NCBI GenBank assembly: GCA_051252375.1
Contig: JBPOFY010000003.1
Location: 96,001 to 160,000 of the forward strand
Direction of reading: 5' to 3'
DNA: 64,000 bases
Origin: Opitutaceae bacterium
Lineage (GTDB): Bacteria; Verrucomicrobiota; Verrucomicrobiia; Opitutales; Coraliomargaritaceae
Part shown: positions 23,035-35,344 of the stretch, piece after piece
Numbering within the stretch: position 1 is the first letter of the stretch
Layout: each line of letters begins with the position of its first letter
The notes under the pieces: generated by a model
Told to the model about the DNA's origin: nothing
Database searches by the model: none
Seen by the model: only the letters and a program-made list of their open reading frames with translations
Translations under genes and position numbers: made by a program

Positions 23035-24066
23035 TTAGGCAATCAGGTAAAAGACCGCGATCGCGAGGGCGATGCGATACCATGCGAATAGTGCCAAACC
23101 ATGGCGGCTGAGGTAACCGACGAGCCATTTGACGGCAAGAGTGGCCGAGACGAAAGCAACGAGGCAGCCTACGAGAACTGGGCCAATCTGCAACGCGGCC
23201 AGCATATTGCCACCGTCGCTGACCAATTTGTAACCGGATGCGGCGCTCAAGGTGATTAATCCGAGTAAAAAGCTAAATTCCGCGGCTTTGGCGGGAGAAA
23301 GGCCGGCGATATAACCGCCGACGATGGTGGCCATCGAGCGGCTGGTGCCAGGCCACATCGCAAAACATTGAATGAAACCGATCATGACTGCCTTGCGTAT
23401 TGTCAAAGTGTCGAGCCCGAGATCATTATCGATGCTGCTGATATTCAAGTTTTTGCGCTTTCGCCAGCGTTCAACGACCAACATGACGATGGCACCCACG
23501 ACCAAAGCGCCTGCGACTGCATGGACATTGTCGCCTAGCTTACTTTCAATCCAGTCATCGAGTAGGAGCCCTATAACTGCTGCGGGTAGAAATGCGGCGA
23601 TTAGATTGATTGCCAGCTTGAAGCCCTTGGGGTCGCGCCCGAGACACCCCATGATCAAGGCGAGTATCGTCTGCCAATATAAATAGACCACCGCCACAAT
23701 TGCGCCGGCTTGTATGACGATTGTGTAGGCGTAAGCAGCTTCGCCAATTGTATATGGGCGAAGTAGGCCGTCGTCATCAGTCACCATGATCGGTTGACCC
23801 TCACTGTCCAACATCGCCTGATCGCCATTTAAGCCGAGAAAGGCATTGGCTAAAATTAAATGACCTGTCGAAGAAACGGGTAGGTATTCGGTAATGCCTT
23901 CGACCAAGCCGAGTATGACGGCATCCGTATAACTTAGGCTGGAGTCTTCTGGTGTTGTTTCGACGACTGTTGCCAGAGCAACGTCAGCATGGGCGATTTG
24001 GGGCGTGCCGATGCAGAGCAACCCGATGTAGCATAGTGAGTAAAAGTATAGACGAATACGTGACAT
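23035..24066 (-). CDS. uppP: Undecaprenyl-diphosphate phosphatase
   Basis: EGITEYLPVSSTGH, PGTSRS, AAEFSF, FAWYR. Confidence 0.95.
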   Translation of the reverse strand: MSRIRLYFYSLCYIGLLCIGTPQIAHADVALATVVETTPEDSSLSYTDAVILGLVEGITEYLPVSSTGHLILANAFLGLNGDQAMLDSEGQPIMVTDDDGLLRPYTIGEAAYAYTIVIQAGAIVAVVYLYWQTILALIMGCLGRDPKGFKLAINLIAAFLPAAVIGLLLDDWIESKLGDNVHAVAGALVVGAIVMLVVERWRKRKNLNISSIDNDLGLDTLTIRKAVMIGFIQCFAMWPGTSRSMATIVGGYIAGLSPAKAAEFSFLLGLITLSAASGYKLVSDGGNMLAALQIGPVLVGCLVAFVSATLAVKWLVGYLSRHGLALFAWYRIALAIAVFYLIA

Positions 24067-24210
24067 ATCGCTCGCACCTTAGTTAAGAGGATTCCAATTG
24101 AAAGGCGTAAAATACGTCCAGCATTATTAACGCTGAGCGATGGATCTCACCTTTTTTCTTGTGGTTGGGGAGTGAAAGCTTTGGTTGTCATGGTTTTACA
24201 TTTAGGAATT

Positions 24211-25266
24211 ATGATGCATTCGCTTGATTCACTCACTCTCCGTCTCGGCCAAGGGCAAGATTTGTCCGCTGCAGATGTCACACTCGCCGCTCAAGCGCTA
24301 GTGGAGGCTTCGGTGGATCCGGAGCTGAAAAAGCAGTTTTTGCTAGCCTTGGCGCAGAAGGGTGAAAGTTCGGCTGAAGTCGCTGGCTTCGCTGCTGCAT
24401 TTAGAAATTATGCGATCAATCCGGGTGTTGAGGCATGGGCAGATCGGGCCATTGATGTTTGCGGCACTGGAGGAGATGGTTCTGGCACCTTTAATATTTC
24501 GACAGCGGTTTCCTTCCTCGTCGCTGCTGCCGGTGTGCCGGTATTTAAACACGGCAACCGCTCGATCACTTCCAAATGCGGTAGTGCTGATTTGATGGAA
24601 GCTTTGGGCATACGTCTTGATGCGCCGCACGAGATGTTGCGCGAGTCATTAGAGCAGTTGAACTTTTGCTTCTTTTTTGCGCCTGCTTTTCATCCTGCGT
24701 TCAAAGAAATCATGCCGGTGCGTAAGGCGTTGGCCGCAGAGGGCAAACGCACGATTTTCAACTTGCTGGGACCATTGATTAATCCAGGTCGTCCAGCCTA
24801 CCAGTTGCTGGGGGTCTTTTCAAAAGATTGGGTGCAACCGCTGGCTGACGCATTGGGGGCACTTGAATTGAAGGCTGGCATGGTGGCTCACGGCACACCA
24901 CGCGAAGGCGCAGCGCTGGATGAGTTAAGTTGTGCCGGCACAAACTATGTTGCCGGTTTTGGTGCGCTTGCGAATGTCGAGAATGCCGTCATTGCGAGTA
25001 CCGCTAATTTACCCAGTTGCGATTTTGGTGAATTGGCCGGCGGTGATGTCGCCGCCAATTTACAAACCATGGAGGCACTGCTTTCCGGAGTGTCCGACGC
25101 TGTTCCTACAGGCTTGAGAAATAGCGTGTTGCTTAATGCAGGGGCCGCGCTTTGGATCGCAGGGCAGACCAACGATTTAGCTTCAGGAGTGAAGCAGGCA
25201 GAGCAGATATTGAGTAGTGGTCAGGTAGCGCGCTGGTTGGATCAGGTGCGCGCCTTCTATGCTTAA
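24211..25266 (+). CDS. trpD: Anthranilate phosphoribosyltransferase
   Basis: DVCGTGGDG, FNIST, KHGNR, GSAD, RTIFNLLGPLINP, LDE. Confidence 0.96.
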   Translation: MMHSLDSLTLRLGQGQDLSAADVTLAAQALVEASVDPELKKQFLLALAQKGESSAEVAGFAAAFRNYAINPGVEAWADRAIDVCGTGGDGSGTFNISTAVSFLVAAAGVPVFKHGNRSITSKCGSADLMEALGIRLDAPHEMLRESLEQLNFCFFFAPAFHPAFKEIMPVRKALAAEGKRTIFNLLGPLINPGRPAYQLLGVFSKDWVQPLADALGALELKAGMVAHGTPREGAALDELSCAGTNYVAGFGALANVENAVIASTANLPSCDFGELAGGDVAANLQTMEALLSGVSDAVPTGLRNSVLLNAGAALWIAGQTNDLASGVKQAEQILSSGQVARWLDQVRAFYA

Positions 25267-25288
25267 TTGAAATTGATCACTGATTATT

Positions 25289-26641
25289 ATGGGCAAATAT
25301 TTTGGAACAGACGGTATACGTGGTAAATTTGGTGGAGAATTCATTAATCCGGATTTTGCTTATCGAGTGGGTTCAGCCTTGGGCCGTTTTCTAGCTCAGA
25401 GAAATTCTAGTGCGGGTTATAATGTGATCATCGGACGGGACACTCGAATTAGTGGACCTGAGATTTGTGATGCTTTAACACGTGGTTTGAATGCACATGG
25501 TGTCTTTGTTCATGATACGGGTATTGTGCCCACACCTGCTGTTGCGCAAGCGGTGATTGAGCATCACGCAGACTTAGGTATTACGATTACAGCTTCGCAT
25601 AACCCAGCTTCCGATAACGGAATTAAGCTTTTCAATCCGAAAGGGCATAAGTATGACGATGCGGTGGAGGCTCAGATTGAGGCGTTGATCGAAGCGGAGC
25701 CAAATCCTCCGAAGGAATTGCCGCTGCCGAAATCGTATCCATTGGATGGTGCTTCGTTTTATATCAATTATCTACGTTCGCTGATGGATCAGAACTGTAT
25801 GCGTAGTTGGAGCATCGTATTGGACACGGCGAATGGAGCCACCTGCGAGACTTCGCCATCGGTCTTTAAGCGATGGGGCGCGACTCTACATCTGATCGGA
25901 GACAATCCAGATGGTGAGAATATTAATTCCGGTGTAGGTAGTGAGTATCCTGTGGCATTGGGCGAATCAGTCCGTTCGCATGGTGCCAATATTGGCATTG
26001 CCCATGATGGCGACGGTGATCGTCTAGTTGTTTGCGACGAGAAGGGGGATGTCGTTGATGGAGATGTTTTACTCGGAATTTTTGGCTTACATGCGCTGCG
26101 TTCCGGTGCGCTGAAGCAGAATACTTTAGTGGCGACAATCCAGAGCAATTTGGGTTTGGATGACGCCATTCGCCAAGCAGGCGGTCAGGTTGAGCGTGTA
26201 GATATTGGTGACCGAAATGTTGCCAGTAAAATGCGTGAGATCGGTTCGAATATCGGCGGCGAAAATTCGGGGCATATTATATTTTCTGATTTTGCCAGCA
26301 CGGGAGATGGACTATTGGCTGCCGTCAAGTTGATCGACTTGATGTGTAAAACTCACAAAACGCTCTCAGAGTTGACTGAAGAGGTTACCTTATTCCCTCA
26401 AAAGACCCTTAACTTGAAGGTAGAAGAGAAGTTACCGCTGAAAGCGCTTCCTCAGTTGGTTGCGGCGATTGAGCAGGTGGAGTCTGCATTCGGTGAAGAG
26501 GGGCGAGTGCTTGTCCGTTATTCCGGGACAGAGCCCAAATTACGCCTATTGGTGGAAGGAAAGATCGAAAAAGATGTTGTGAAGGCACTTGCCCAGATTG
26601 AAAAAGCGGTTCGTCAGGATCTGACCGTAATTGATGATTGA
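25289..26641 (+). CDS. glmM: Phosphoglucosamine mutase
   Basis: FGTDGIRG, TASHNP, DGDGDR, GGENSGH, VRYSGTEP. Confidence 0.93.
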   Translation: MGKYFGTDGIRGKFGGEFINPDFAYRVGSALGRFLAQRNSSAGYNVIIGRDTRISGPEICDALTRGLNAHGVFVHDTGIVPTPAVAQAVIEHHADLGITITASHNPASDNGIKLFNPKGHKYDDAVEAQIEALIEAEPNPPKELPLPKSYPLDGASFYINYLRSLMDQNCMRSWSIVLDTANGATCETSPSVFKRWGATLHLIGDNPDGENINSGVGSEYPVALGESVRSHGANIGIAHDGDGDRLVVCDEKGDVVDGDVLLGIFGLHALRSGALKQNTLVATIQSNLGLDDAIRQAGGQVERVDIGDRNVASKMREIGSNIGGENSGHIIFSDFASTGDGLLAAVKLIDLMCKTHKTLSELTEEVTLFPQKTLNLKVEEKLPLKALPQLVAAIEQVESAFGEEGRVLVRYSGTEPKLRLLVEGKIEKDVVKALAQIEKAVRQDLTVIDD

Positions 26642-26695
26642 CCGATCAGCCTTCATTCAGCACCAATAGAGTCTTATCCCCTTTTATTTTTTATT

Positions 26696-28102
26696 ATGGA
26701 AGAAGTTGCCTTACAAGACCTCGATACTCGGCTCCAAAAGCAGATTGAAAATGCTCGCAAAGCCATCGACAAAAACCCGACATACGCGATTGATATTCTG
26801 ATCAATATCGTGGGTCGTAACCCTAATTGCCTAGATGCGCGCAAGTTTTTGCGTCAAGCGCAGCAGCGATCGAAACAAGGTAAGTCGAAGGGCTTAGGTA
26901 AATTTATCACCAAGATGACGAGCATCCCATTCTCTATGGGAGGCGACTCGAAGGTGAAAAAAGATCCCGCGAAAGCGATGGAGTCTGCCGAGCAAATGTT
27001 GGGCGCCGACCCATACAATCCTGTAGCCCACCGACTCCTTGGAGCTGCTGCAGAAGCAATGGAATTGAGTGAAACTGCTGCTTTTGCCTATGAGGAATTG
27101 CGCAAGATCGAACCGGACAATTCAGAAAATGTGAAGGCACTGATGCGTGCCTACATTACTTTAGGTAAAAGTGATGAAGCCATCCGTATTGGTGATGCCG
27201 CTTATAAAAAGAACCCAGCTGACGACGAGATCCAAGGTCTCATCAAAAAAGCATCCGTTGAACAATCGATCAACAAGGGTAAGTGGGAAGATGATAAAGG
27301 CTTCCGCGATAAACTTAAGGACGAAGAAGAAGCAAACAAGCTTGAGCAAGCTGGCCGTGCGAAGACTGGCGATGCTGGTTTACGTTCAATGATTAGTGAA
27401 GTGCTTGAAGCGGTTGCTGATCAGCCAGACAACATGAACCATTATCGTGACCTTGCGAGTTACTACCGCAAGTTGAAGGAATTCGATAATGCACTCCTGT
27501 GGGTTGGTAAAGCTCGTCAATTGGATGCGGGTCGTGCTGACGTGAATTTGGAGCGTCTCACTGTATCACTCACACGTGAGAAAATGTCCACAGCCATCGA
27601 AGTCGTGCAGGCCACACTTGAGGCTGATCCCGAAAACGCTGCAGCTAAAGCAGAACTTGAAAAGCTTCAAACTGAGGAGCACGCTTTCCGTCGCGAGCAA
27701 TCCGAGAGCTTGGTTCAACGTTATCCGAATGAGTTTGGCTATCGTTTTGAACTCGGTGAACTATACTTCGAGGATGGTGAAATCGATAAGGCGATTAAGG
27801 AGCTTCAGTTGGCTCTGCGTAGCCCCAAGGTTCGCGTAAGTGCTTTGATTCTTCTTGGTAAAGCCTATCAACAGAAAAACTTCTTCGACCTCGCTGCGGA
27901 GCAACTCACTATTGCGAAGTCTGAAATTCCAGGCATGACCGACCAGAAGAAGGACGTCCTTTACTCACTCGGCACCTCATACGAGCAGCAGGGTGATATG
28001 GATAAAGCCATGGCTGAATTCAAGGCCCTCTATGGAGCGGATATCAGCTATCGTGACGTCGCGCAAAAAATCGACGACTTCTACTCCAAGAAGAACGGTT
28101 AA
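26696..28102 (+). CDS. Tetratricopeptide repeat protein
   Basis: 468 aa all-helical; TPR patterns (ELGELY, LGKAY, LYSLGTSY), C-terminal DISYRDV. Confidence 0.85.
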   Translation: MEEVALQDLDTRLQKQIENARKAIDKNPTYAIDILINIVGRNPNCLDARKFLRQAQQRSKQGKSKGLGKFITKMTSIPFSMGGDSKVKKDPAKAMESAEQMLGADPYNPVAHRLLGAAAEAMELSETAAFAYEELRKIEPDNSENVKALMRAYITLGKSDEAIRIGDAAYKKNPADDEIQGLIKKASVEQSINKGKWEDDKGFRDKLKDEEEANKLEQAGRAKTGDAGLRSMISEVLEAVADQPDNMNHYRDLASYYRKLKEFDNALLWVGKARQLDAGRADVNLERLTVSLTREKMSTAIEVVQATLEADPENAAAKAELEKLQTEEHAFRREQSESLVQRYPNEFGYRFELGELYFEDGEIDKAIKELQLALRSPKVRVSALILLGKAYQQKNFFDLAAEQLTIAKSEIPGMTDQKKDVLYSLGTSYEQQGDMDKAMAEFKALYGADISYRDVAQKIDDFYSKKNG

Positions 28103-28125
28103 AGATATTCAGATTATTATTTCTC

Positions 28126-28157
28126 AAAAGCACAGGTCATACGACCTGTGCTTTTTT
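28126..28157 (+). terminator. Intrinsic terminator
   Basis: AAAAGCACAGGTC-ATAC-GACCTGTGCTTTTTT. Confidence 0.88.
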
Positions 28158-28225
28158 GTTTTCACTAGCCTCGATTGTCAGATTAGGCGGGATTTTTCTA
28201 AAAGGTTTGAACTCGTCGAAAAAAG

Positions 28226-28314
28226 GGTAGCGCGGCACCGTCTCGGTGCGCATCGTCGTTGGGTCGGCGATTTATATCGAACACTTGCGCGGCGCGAGAC
28301 GCGCCTGCGCTACC
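28226..28314. repeat. REP-like inverted doublet (GTAG type)
   Basis: GGTAGCGCGGCACCGTCTCGGTGCGC ... GCGCGGCGCGAGACGCGCCTGCGCTACC; each half begins GGTAGCGC and forms a hairpin around GTCTC. Confidence 0.7.
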
Positions 28315-28412
28315 AGATCAAGGCTTTTTTGAATCGGTTCTAGCGCCATTTTACGCTCTGCTATCGAATTCCGCTTGCAACTAACCTGAACTCGCCTAAC
28401 TCATACAGCAGT

Positions 28413-29666
28413 ATGAAAATCGTTCTCGCTTACTCTGGAGGTTTAGACACTTCCGTCCTCGTTAGCTGGCTCAAGGAGCACTATAACGCTGAGATTATCA
28501 CCTATGCCGCCGATGTCGGACAGGAGGAAGAACTCGACGGTCTTGCTGAAAAAGCCAAAGCCACCGGTGCTTCCGCACACTATACACTTGATCTAGTCGA
28601 CGAGTTTGCTCGTGACTTCATCTACCCGATGATGCGCGCCAACGCGATCTATGAAGGGCAGTATTTCCTCGGCACTTCGATTGCACGTCCGCTCATCGGC
28701 AAAGCACACGTTGAAATCGCTGAAAAAGAAGGCGCAGATGCCGTCGCACACGGTGCAACAGGCAAGGGCAACGACCAAGTTCGTTTCGAGTTGGCCTACG
28801 CCGCGCTGGCACCACAGCTTCAGATCATTTCCCCTTGGCGGATGAAGGAGTTCCGCAAGGCGTTTCCTGGTCGCACGGAAATGATCAATTACTGCCGTGA
28901 GCATAACATCGACGTTGAAGCCAGTGCTTCGAAGCCATACTCGATGGACCGCAACTTGCTCCACATTTCTTACGAAGCAGGTATCTTAGAGGATCCTTGG
29001 TTCGATCCGACTACTGAGGACAACAAAGGCATGTATAAGCTCACAGCTGACCCTCAGGACGCACCTGATGAGGCACAATACATCGAGCTCGATTTCGAGC
29101 AGGGTGACTGTGTAGCCGTCGACGGTGTAGCGATGATACCTTCGCAAGTAATGAAGCACCTCAACAAGATCGCTGGCACGCACGGCATTGGCCGAGTCGA
29201 TATTATCGAGAATCGTTTCGTTGGAATGAAAAGCCGCGGCGTCTATGAGACACCGGGCGGCACCATCCTGATGCAAGGGCACCGCAACATGGAGTCGCTC
29301 ACAATGGACCGCGAGCTCATGCACTTGCGTGATAGCTTGATCCCACGCTACGCACAGCTCGTCTACAACGGCTTCTGGTATGCGCCAGAGCGTGAGGCGC
29401 TACAGGCATTTATCGACGATTCACAGAAGACTGTCACTGGCACCGTTCGCCTGAAGCTATACAAGGGCAACGTCACCACGGTTGGGCGTAAGTCTCCACT
29501 TTCGCTATACGATGAAGACATCGCTTCCATGGAAGGCGTCGACAGTGATTACAACCCTGATGATGCCAGCGGTTTCATCCGCCTCAACGCGCTTCGCCTC
29601 CGTCGCAGAGCGATTGCTCAAGGTGGTCCAGAAATCGCCTCAGAGAGCAAAGTGAAGCGTAGCTAA
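28413..29666 (+). CDS. argG: Argininosuccinate synthase
   Basis: [41 protein letters not shown]. Confidence 0.98.
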   Translation: MKIVLAYSGGLDTSVLVSWLKEHYNAEIITYAADVGQEEELDGLAEKAKATGASAHYTLDLVDEFARDFIYPMMRANAIYEGQYFLGTSIARPLIGKAHVEIAEKEGADAVAHGATGKGNDQVRFELAYAALAPQLQIISPWRMKEFRKAFPGRTEMINYCREHNIDVEASASKPYSMDRNLLHISYEAGILEDPWFDPTTEDNKGMYKLTADPQDAPDEAQYIELDFEQGDCVAVDGVAMIPSQVMKHLNKIAGTHGIGRVDIIENRFVGMKSRGVYETPGGTILMQGHRNMESLTMDRELMHLRDSLIPRYAQLVYNGFWYAPEREALQAFIDDSQKTVTGTVRLKLYKGNVTTVGRKSPLSLYDEDIASMEGVDSDYNPDDASGFIRLNALRLRRRAIAQGGPEIASESKVKRS

Positions 29667-29687
29667 CTGCTTGTTCAGTTTATTTTC

Positions 29688-29724
29688 AAAAGCCCTGTTG
29701 GTTAATTGCCTACAGGGCTTTTTT
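29688..29724 (+). terminator. Intrinsic terminator (argG)
   Basis: AAAAGCCCTGT...ACAGGGCTTTTTT. Confidence 0.85.
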
Positions 29725-29768
29725 GATTAAGAAAGTGAATCGGTATTTAGAAGGAGCAGGCATACACC

Positions 29769-29804
29769 AAAAAAAACGGCGAGGAGATAGACTCCACGCC
29801 GTTT
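29769..29804 (-). terminator. Intrinsic terminator (efp)
   Basis: A-run then ACGGCGAGGAG-ATAGA-CTCCACGCCGTTT hairpin. Confidence 0.8.
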
Positions 29805-29829
29805 AGAAATGTTGATTTGTATGCGCGCG

Positions 29830-30387
29830 TTATGCGCGGCCCATGTAGGAGCGGTCGGCGGTGCCGACTTTGAGCACATCGCCTTCCTTGATAAAGAGGG
29901 GCACCTGAATGGTGAGACCGGTCTCTAGAGTGGCTGGCTTTTGCACATTGCTGGCGGTGTCGCCTTTCACGCCTTCGGCGGATTCGGTGACTTTCATTTC
30001 GATGGAACCAGGGAGGTCGATTGATATCGGTTTATCATCCACGTGGAGGATGCTGTAAACCTGCGTCTCAACGAGGAAGTCCTTGGCATCTTCAACGAGT
30101 GTTTCGTCGAGGATGATGTCTTCAAAGGTTTCTGGCTCCATGAAGTGATACTCGTTGCCATCGACGTAGCTGAACTCGAGCTTCACCATGTCGGTGTGCA
30201 TGATCTCAACGGAGTCCGTTGTGCGGATCTTGGTGTTGGTGCTGGCACCGGAACTGAGGTTGCGCATGGTGACTTGCATGAAGCCAGCTTGGCGACCTTG
30301 TGTGCGGTGCTGCACGTCGAGCACGAGGTGCGGTGAACCTTGATAGTTGAGGACCTTGCCTTTGCGGACTTCTGTGGGTGATGCCAT
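29830..30387 (-). CDS. efp: Elongation factor P
   Basis: 185 aa; YHFMEPETFE, GVKGDTA, KPATLETG, VPLFIKEGD, YMGR. Confidence 0.96.
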   Translation of the reverse strand: MASPTEVRKGKVLNYQGSPHLVLDVQHRTQGRQAGFMQVTMRNLSSGASTNTKIRTTDSVEIMHTDMVKLEFSYVDGNEYHFMEPETFEDIILDETLVEDAKDFLVETQVYSILHVDDKPISIDLPGSIEMKVTESAEGVKGDTASNVQKPATLETGLTIQVPLFIKEGDVLKVGTADRSYMGRA

Positions 30388-30536
30388 TTTTATGTGTATG
30401 TTTTAGAGGTTAATAGCTGTCCGATTTGTCAGTGCGTCGAAGGACTGTCAAGCTTGGCTGTTTTGGGAAGGCTTTTGTCTGTCGTGAAGTTGACTACATG
30501 ATTGTCATTAGCGCCAAATCGGCTTTCGTGGGTGGC

Positions 30537-32276
<1,740 letters not shown>

Positions 32277-32282
<6 letters not shown>

Positions 32283-32335
32283 CCACTTATAGTTTCTGAC
32301 TCCGACGAACACGTCACGGAGTGACGTGGCTACAC
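32277..32335. repeat. REP-like inverted repeat between convergent menD and cysH
   Basis: GTGTAGCCAC ... CACGTCAC-GGA-GTGACGTGGCTACAC. Confidence 0.7.
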
Positions 32336-32348
32336 TTCTCTAAGAGCC

Positions 32349-33074
32349 TTAAATCTGGAAATCAGCGCCGCCGGTCATTTCGTGGAGTCCACACTCACGT
32401 TTGAGTCCACCAAAACGAGTGTCCTCTGCGGTCATGCCTTCACCTAGTTTACTGGTGCTGTGCCAGTCGCCGACTGAAACATAGCCCATGTCCCACAGCG
32501 GGTGGTAGGGCAGGTCGTTTTCAGTCAAATAGTTATAGATATCTCGGTCGCTCCAATCGATGATCGGATAGACTTTTAAGATCTTGTTTTGTTGTTGGGC
32601 TACGGGGCGGTCTTCTCGGGATGAAGATTGTTTCCGTCGTAGTCCTGAAAGCCATGCGGTCGCACCGAGTTCGGTGACAGCGCGGTTCATTGGCTCAACT
32701 TTGTTGATCCGGTTGTATTTTTCCAGACCTTCCAAGTCTTGTTCCCAGAGTTTGCCATGGATGGCTTCTTGATGGGCGGCGGTTTGCAGTGGCAGGTAGG
32801 TCTTGAGGTTGAGTTTCAAGCGCTCGGTCAGTGCGTCCGCAAAACGATAGGTTTCCGGGAAAAGATAGCCCGTATCGACGAAAATGACAGGGATATTAGG
32901 AATTTGGGTGGTGACTAAGTGCAACATCACAGCGCTTTGCACTCCGAAGCTAGTGCTGAGCACGAGCTTGTCTCCATGCTGTGCATAAGCCCAGCGGACA
33001 CGGTCAACGGCGGATGCGACCTCAAGGTCCAGATCCTTCGCTGATGCGGATTGTGATGTGATTGCGTCTGTCAT
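32349..33074 (-). CDS. cysH: Phosphoadenylyl-sulfate (PAPS) reductase
   Basis: [32 protein letters not shown]; lacks the CC/CxxC Fe-S ligands of APS reductases. Confidence 0.95.
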   Translation of the reverse strand: MTDAITSQSASAKDLDLEVASAVDRVRWAYAQHGDKLVLSTSFGVQSAVMLHLVTTQIPNIPVIFVDTGYLFPETYRFADALTERLKLNLKTYLPLQTAAHQEAIHGKLWEQDLEGLEKYNRINKVEPMNRAVTELGATAWLSGLRRKQSSSREDRPVAQQQNKILKVYPIIDWSDRDIYNYLTENDLPYHPLWDMGYVSVGDWHSTSKLGEGMTAEDTRFGGLKRECGLHEMTGGADFQI

Positions 33075-33139
33075 TTTGTCTATTACTTTAGTTCTTGAGT
33101 CAAAAAGTCAAGAAAAGGGACTATTTTTGTGAAGATGCC

Positions 33140-33170
33140 AAAAAAAGCGGCTCCGTTTCGGGAGCCGCTT
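33140..33170 (-). terminator. Intrinsic terminator (cyclophilin gene)
   Basis: AAAAAAAGCGGCTCC-GTTTCG-GGAGCCGCTT. Confidence 0.85.
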
Positions 33171-33190
33171 CGAAAATCAGTTATGCTCGA

Positions 33191-33661
33191 TTAATCAATC
33201 ACCTTACCGGAGATAATCTTTTGATCTTCGATTGGGCGGTCGCCTGGACCTTTTTTAACGCCTTCGAGTTCATCGACGACGTCCATACCGTTCACGACTT
33301 CACCGAATATGGTGTGTTTCATGTGAAGCCATGGAGTGGCTGCAGTGGTGATGAAGAACTGGCTGCCGTTGGTGCCAGGGCCTGCGTTGGCCATGGCGAG
33401 CAGGCCAGGCTTGTCAAATGTGACGTCGCGGGCGCATTCGTCTTCGAAGTTCTTGCCCCAGATGGATTCACCGCCACGACCAGTGCCGGTAGGGTCGCCG
33501 CCTTGGATCATGAATTCTTCGATGATACGGTGGAAAATGACTCCGTTGTAGTAGCCGTTCTTCAGGTGTGTCGTGAAGTTTTCGCAAGTTTTAGGTGCAA
33601 TGTCGTCGAATAGTTTAAATTCGATCGAACCTTGGGTGGTTTCTAGGATGACGTTTGGCAT
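33191..33661 (-). CDS. Cyclophilin-type peptidyl-prolyl isomerase
   Basis: APKTCENF, FHRII, QGGDPTGTG, MANAGPGTNGSQFFIT; likely start MPNVIL. Confidence 0.96.
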   Translation of the reverse strand: MPNVILETTQGSIEFKLFDDIAPKTCENFTTHLKNGYYNGVIFHRIIEEFMIQGGDPTGTGRGGESIWGKNFEDECARDVTFDKPGLLAMANAGPGTNGSQFFITTAATPWLHMKHTIFGEVVNGMDVVDELEGVKKGPGDRPIEDQKIISGKVID

Positions 33662-33682
33662 AGTTTTAGTTTGGTTAAAATG

Positions 33683-33766
33683 AACATCGAACATCGAACG
33701 TCCAACACTGAACGTCGAATGAAAATTCATTTAAAATTCGAAGTTGGACGTTCGATGTTCAGCGTT
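33683..33766. repeat. Inverted pair of heptamer tandem arrays (AACRTCG-like)
   Basis: AACATCG AACATCG AACGTCC AACACTG AACGTCG (33683-33717) and CGAAGTT GGACGTT CGATGTT CAGCGTT (33739-33766). Confidence 0.85.
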
Positions 33767-35300
33767 CGTTGAAATGTTTAACGGCTGCATCGACGAAGTG
33801 CTCCAAGCTGGAGACGGAAGCTTCAAAGCCAATCGGTAGCTTCTTTTCTTTAAGCGTCTTGGAGGTCATTGGGCCGATGCTGCCGAGCACGGGTTGTCTG
33901 GCGCCTTCTTCGAGTTTGAACGCGGCGCTTTGATCGATGAATGAATTCACCGTCGATGAGCTGGTGAACAGAATGGCGTCGGCGCCTTCTTCGCGGAAGC
34001 GTGCGGCAGCTTCGTTCTTCAAGAGGTCAGTTTTGCTCGTCTTGTAGAGGGGAAGGGTGTCGACAATCGCACGACCTTCGGTTTCGAGGCGTAGGACGAG
34101 TTCTTCGCGGTTTTGGTTGCCGGTTACAACGAGCACTTGGACACTTTCCATGCCTTCGTTTTCGATGAGCTCATCGGCGAGCGCGTCGGCGTTGGCTTGT
34201 TTGGGCACAAAGTCGACTTTCAGCTTATGTGCTTCAATTTCGCGTGCGGTGGCAGCACCGACTGCCGCGATACGCATCGGACCGAGGCAGCGAATGTCGT
34301 CGAAAGCTTTATAGAACAGCTCGAAGAATTGTTTCACTCCGTTGGCACTGGTGAAGATCACCCATTCATAGACTGCGATGCCTGCGAGGATTTCACCGAG
34401 ACGTTTAGCGTCGAACTGAGGTTTGACCTCAATAAATGGCAGCTCGATGACTTCGGCGCCTTTTTCTTCGAGCATTTGTGTGAGTTGGCCGGCTTGTTCG
34501 CGTGCACGGGTGACGACGAAGCGTTTGCCAAATAGTTCACGGCCTTCGAACCATTCTGTTTTGGCGCGATGTGCGACGACTTCGCCGATGATGATCATCG
34601 CGGGTGCGCCGATACCAGAGGCCTCGAGGTCGGCGAGGATGGTATCGAGTGTGCCATAGACAGAGCGTTGGCGATTGAGTGTGGCCCATTCGACGATGCC
34701 GACAGGTGTGTCGCTAGACATCCCGCCTTCGATCAACTCTCCAACGATGCGTGGCAACTGACCGACACCCATGTAGAGGCAAAGTGTGCTTTTCGTTTTC
34801 GCGTGAGTTTTAAAATCGATACTCAGCGTGTGCTTTTCCGGGTTCTCATGACCGGTGAGGAAGGTGATCGACGAGCTGTAATCGCGGTGGGAGAGGGGAA
34901 TGCCTGCATAAGCGGCTGTGGCGAGTGCTGCGGTGACTCCAGGGACGATCTCAAAAGGAATTTTGTCGAGTTGGAGCTCGTCGATCTCTTCACCGCCACG
35001 ACCGAATACGAAAGGGTCGCCGCCTTTGAGGCGCACGACTTGCAGACCTTTGTTGGCACGATTGACTAGAATCTCTTCGATTTCATCCTGTGGGATGGAG
35101 TGGCGACCGGCACTTTTACCTACATAAATACGTTCTGCATCTTTGCGTGCCCAATCGAGTAACTTTGGATTGGCGAGATAGTCGTAAACGATGACATCGG
35201 CGATTTCAATGAGCTCACGTGCGCGCACGGTAACGAGACCGGGATCGCCGGGGCCTGCGCCGATGAGATAGACTTTGCCTGTGGATTTATTGGAAGACAT
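33759..35300 (-). CDS. cobA: Uroporphyrinogen-III C-methyltransferase / uroporphyrinogen-III synthase fusion (CobA-HemD)
   Basis: GAGPGDP, RLKGGDPFVFGRGGEE N-domain; VVTR, FTSANGV, VGAATA, FTSSSTV HemD domain. Confidence 0.95.
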   Translation of the reverse strand: MSSNKSTGKVYLIGAGPGDPGLVTVRARELIEIADVIVYDYLANPKLLDWARKDAERIYVGKSAGRHSIPQDEIEEILVNRANKGLQVVRLKGGDPFVFGRGGEEIDELQLDKIPFEIVPGVTAALATAAYAGIPLSHRDYSSSITFLTGHENPEKHTLSIDFKTHAKTKSTLCLYMGVGQLPRIVGELIEGGMSSDTPVGIVEWATLNRQRSVYGTLDTILADLEASGIGAPAMIIIGEVVAHRAKTEWFEGRELFGKRFVVTRAREQAGQLTQMLEEKGAEVIELPFIEVKPQFDAKRLGEILAGIAVYEWVIFTSANGVKQFFELFYKAFDDIRCLGPMRIAAVGAATAREIEAHKLKVDFVPKQANADALADELIENEGMESVQVLVVTGNQNREELVLRLETEGRAIVDTLPLYKTSKTDLLKNEAAARFREEGADAILFTSSSTVNSFIDQSAAFKLEEGARQPVLGSIGPMTSKTLKEKKLPIGFEASVSSLEHFVDAAVKHFNER

Positions 35301-35309
35301 GTGGAGAGC

Positions 35310-35344
35310 TGCGTGATTCGAGATCTGTGATGCGTGAGACGCGA
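35310..35344. repeat. Heptamer tandem repeat (5 units, TGCGTGA-like)
   Basis: TGCGTGA TTCGAGA TCTGTGA TGCGTGA GACGCGA fills the hemC-cobA spacer. Confidence 0.7.

Noticed and set aside
33662..33730. N-terminal extension of the cyclophilin ORF
   Set aside because: It is a translation of the heptamer repeat, not a signal peptide
33683..33766. Possible CRISPR mini-array
   Set aside because: Units are 7 nt with no spacers; no cas genes in the window
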